DNA from: Rhodothermales bacterium
Lineage (GTDB): Bacteria; Bacteroidota; Rhodothermia; Rhodothermales; VXPQ01
NCBI GenBank assembly: GCA_965116435.1
Contig: OZ220686.1
Location: 325,005-389,004 of the forward strand
Reading direction: 5' to 3'
DNA length: 64,000 nucleotides
Shown here: in pieces, positions 62,465 through 64,000 of the stretch
Layout of the letters: each line of letters opens with the position of its first letter
Numbering within the stretch: the stretch's first letter is position 1
Made by a program: the position numbers and the translations under genes
Notes under the pieces: model-generated
The model's database searches: none
What the model was told of the DNA's origin: nothing
Seen by the model: the letters and a program-made list of their open reading frames with translations, nothing else

Positions 62465-63391
62465 TCAGTGGTTCATGCGATCCCTGAACCATGTGGCCGT
62501 TTCCTCCAGCCCCTCTGCAAGGGCCATGCGAGGAACCCAGCCGAGTTCCTTGCGGGCATGGGCGAAGTCCAGCACGCTGCGTCGCTGTTCGCCGGGCCGT
62601 CCCGCTTCATGGCGTCGCGCCAGGTCCGGCGCCATCCGGTCCCGCAAGGCGTCGAACAGGTCGTTGACGCTGGTTTCTGTCGCCGTGCCGATGTTGAATA
62701 TACCCGATCGGTCGTAGCGGAGCGCCTTCAGGTTGGCCTGCGCCACATCGTCCACGTACACATAATCCCGCGTCTGCAAACCGTCCCCGTAGATGACAGG
62801 CTGCTGGCCGCGCAACATGCGTTCTGCAAAGATCGCTATAACGCCGGCCTCTCCGTGGGGATTCTGCCGGGGGCCGTACACGTTCCCGTAGCGCAGGGCG
62901 ACAAAAGGTATGCCGTACTGATTCCGGTAATAATCGAGGTAGCGTTCCGAGCACAGCTTGGCGACGCCGTACGGGGACAGGGGCCGCGTGGCGTGCCGTT
63001 CGTCCTGCGGGGCATAGTCGGGTTCTCCGTAAATGGCTCCGCCCGTCGAGGCGAAAACGACTTTCTTCAGCCCCGCCCGCCGGCCCGCCTCCATGATATT
63101 CAGCAAGCCGAGGATATTGACGGTGGCGTCGAAGGACGGATCCGCTACGGATTTGCGCACGTCCATTTGCGCGGCATGGTGTACGAACGCCTCGAAACCA
63201 TGCTCCGTCATGCAGTCCGCCGCTTCCGGGGACCGAAGGTCCATTTCGTGAAAAACAGCGCCGTCCGGAACGTTTTCCCGCCGCCCTCCAGACAAATCGT
63301 CGAGAATATGCACATCGTGGCCCTCCGCAAGCAGGGCCTCGCTCACATGAGACGCTATGAAGCCGGCACCGCCGGAAACCAGTATTTTCAT
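62465..63391 (-). CDS. NAD-dependent epimerase/dehydratase (UDP-glucose 4-epimerase-like)
   Basis: Rossmann motif MKILVSGGAGFIASH and catalytic YGVAK (YxxxK). 308 aa. Confidence 0.8.
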   Translation of the reverse strand: MKILVSGGAGFIASHVSEALLAEGHDVHILDDLSGGRRENVPDGAVFHEMDLRSPEAADCMTEHGFEAFVHHAAQMDVRKSVADPSFDATVNILGLLNIMEAGRRAGLKKVVFASTGGAIYGEPDYAPQDERHATRPLSPYGVAKLCSERYLDYYRNQYGIPFVALRYGNVYGPRQNPHGEAGVIAIFAERMLRGQQPVIYGDGLQTRDYVYVDDVAQANLKALRYDRSGIFNIGTATETSVNDLFDALRDRMAPDLARRHEAGRPGEQRRSVLDFAHARKELGWVPRMALAEGLEETATWFRDRMNH

Positions 63392-63409
63392 AATAATTTC
63401 ACAATGTGT

Positions 63410-64000
63410 TCATGCCCTTCCTTCCGGCAACAGCGCCGCGGTCGAAAGCTGATCTTCCCGAAAAAGCATGGTCGCTACCCGCTGTATGTCTTCGACGGTA
63501 ACCTGCTCGATTTCGGCATTGATTTCGTCGAGGCTCAGGTGTCGTCCAAAATACAATTCCCGCCGTCCGACGCCCATCATGCGGTTGCTCATGCCTTCAA
63601 GCCCAAGCATCAGGGCGCCCCGGACCTGGTTTTTGGCCTCGTTCAGCGTGCGCTTCCCGATCGGAACCTCGGTGAAATGTCGAAATTCCTTCCGAATCAA
63701 GGCCTGCACGCGCTTCATCTTGCTGATATCCGTCGCCGCGTACACCCCGAAATCCCCCGAATCCGAGTGCATGTTCGCAAACGATCCAATGCTGTAGCAA
63801 AAGCCGTATTTCTCCCGCACGTTCTGATTGAGCCGGCTGGACATCCCTCCTCCCAGCAACGTATTCAGCACGCTGAACGCTACCCGGTCCGCATCGTTTA
63901 CGCTGAGCCCGCGGGCGCCCAGCACGAAATGCGCCTGCTGCACGGGACGGGCTTCCATGAAATTGCTGGGCGCGTAGCCGTTCGCGGGCGGACGCTGGAT
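63410..64000 (-). CDS. M16-family (insulinase-like) peptidase, C-terminal part (5' end lies outside the window)
   Basis: The frame is open to the window edge. It contains LLGGGMSSRLNQNVREKYGFCYSIGSF, which is typical of the M16 C-terminal domain. Confidence 0.7.
   Translation of the reverse strand: MQRPPANGYAPSNFMEARPVQQAHFVLGARGLSVNDADRVAFSVLNTLLGGGMSSRLNQNVREKYGFCYSIGSFANMHSDSGDFGVYAATDISKMKRVQALIRKEFRHFTEVPIGKRTLNEAKNQVRGALMLGLEGMSNRMMGVGRRELYFGRHLSLDEINAEIEQVTVEDIQRVATMLFREDQLSTAALLPEGRA

Overview
This is a high-GC (roughly two-thirds GC by eye) bacterial chromosomal segment. Five proteins end in the same type IX secretion (T9SS/Por) C-terminal sorting domain (..NYPNPFNP.TTI.F.L...YLYVLRTE....R.M.LLK), so the host is probably an FCB-group, Rhodothermaeota/Bacteroidota-like organism. 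That assignment is an inference. No rRNA, tRNA or CRISPR was found. Ordinary housekeeping genes include lepB, an L,D-transpeptidase, an RCK K+ channel, an orphan MalK-like ATPase, glnS, miaA, copA, pepP, guaB, rluB, scpAB and a galE-like gene. They are interrupted by four accessory blocks. (1) 4.3-18.1 kb holds three tandem giant Calx-beta/T9SS surface-protein genes. (2) 22.4-24.3 kb is a low-GC two-gene islet with an ABC/AAA ATPase carrying a DUF3696-like tail, overlapping a PIN-like nuclease gene. (3) 36.1-45.05 kb is an island starting at a Xer-like tyrosine recombinase next to a perfect 12-6-12 palindrome. It carries a Type III R-M (res intact, mod frameshifted inside a C14 tract), a TIR-like (CAP12/Pycsar-type) effector gene overlapping the mod stop, and two overlapping unknown genes. 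(4) 45.07-52.3 kb holds two mosaic Calx-beta/T9SS paralogues flanking an alkD-like gene. The most interesting signal is a pervasive simple-sequence-repeat layer. There are seven G/C homopolymers of 10-14 nt. Four of them sit between the start codon and the signal peptide of Calx-beta genes, with one paralogue in frame at G11 and its twin out of frame at G13. A fifth splits the Type III mod gene. There are also many GC-rich tandem minisatellites (periods 12, 32, 39, 42, 75, 129 and 142 bp), some inside coding sequence. Together these look like a contingency (phase-variable) surface-protein plus defence repertoire, which is well known in small-genome pathogens and, to my knowledge, not in this kind of organism. 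All functional calls rest on motif recognition by eye, because no database search could be run.
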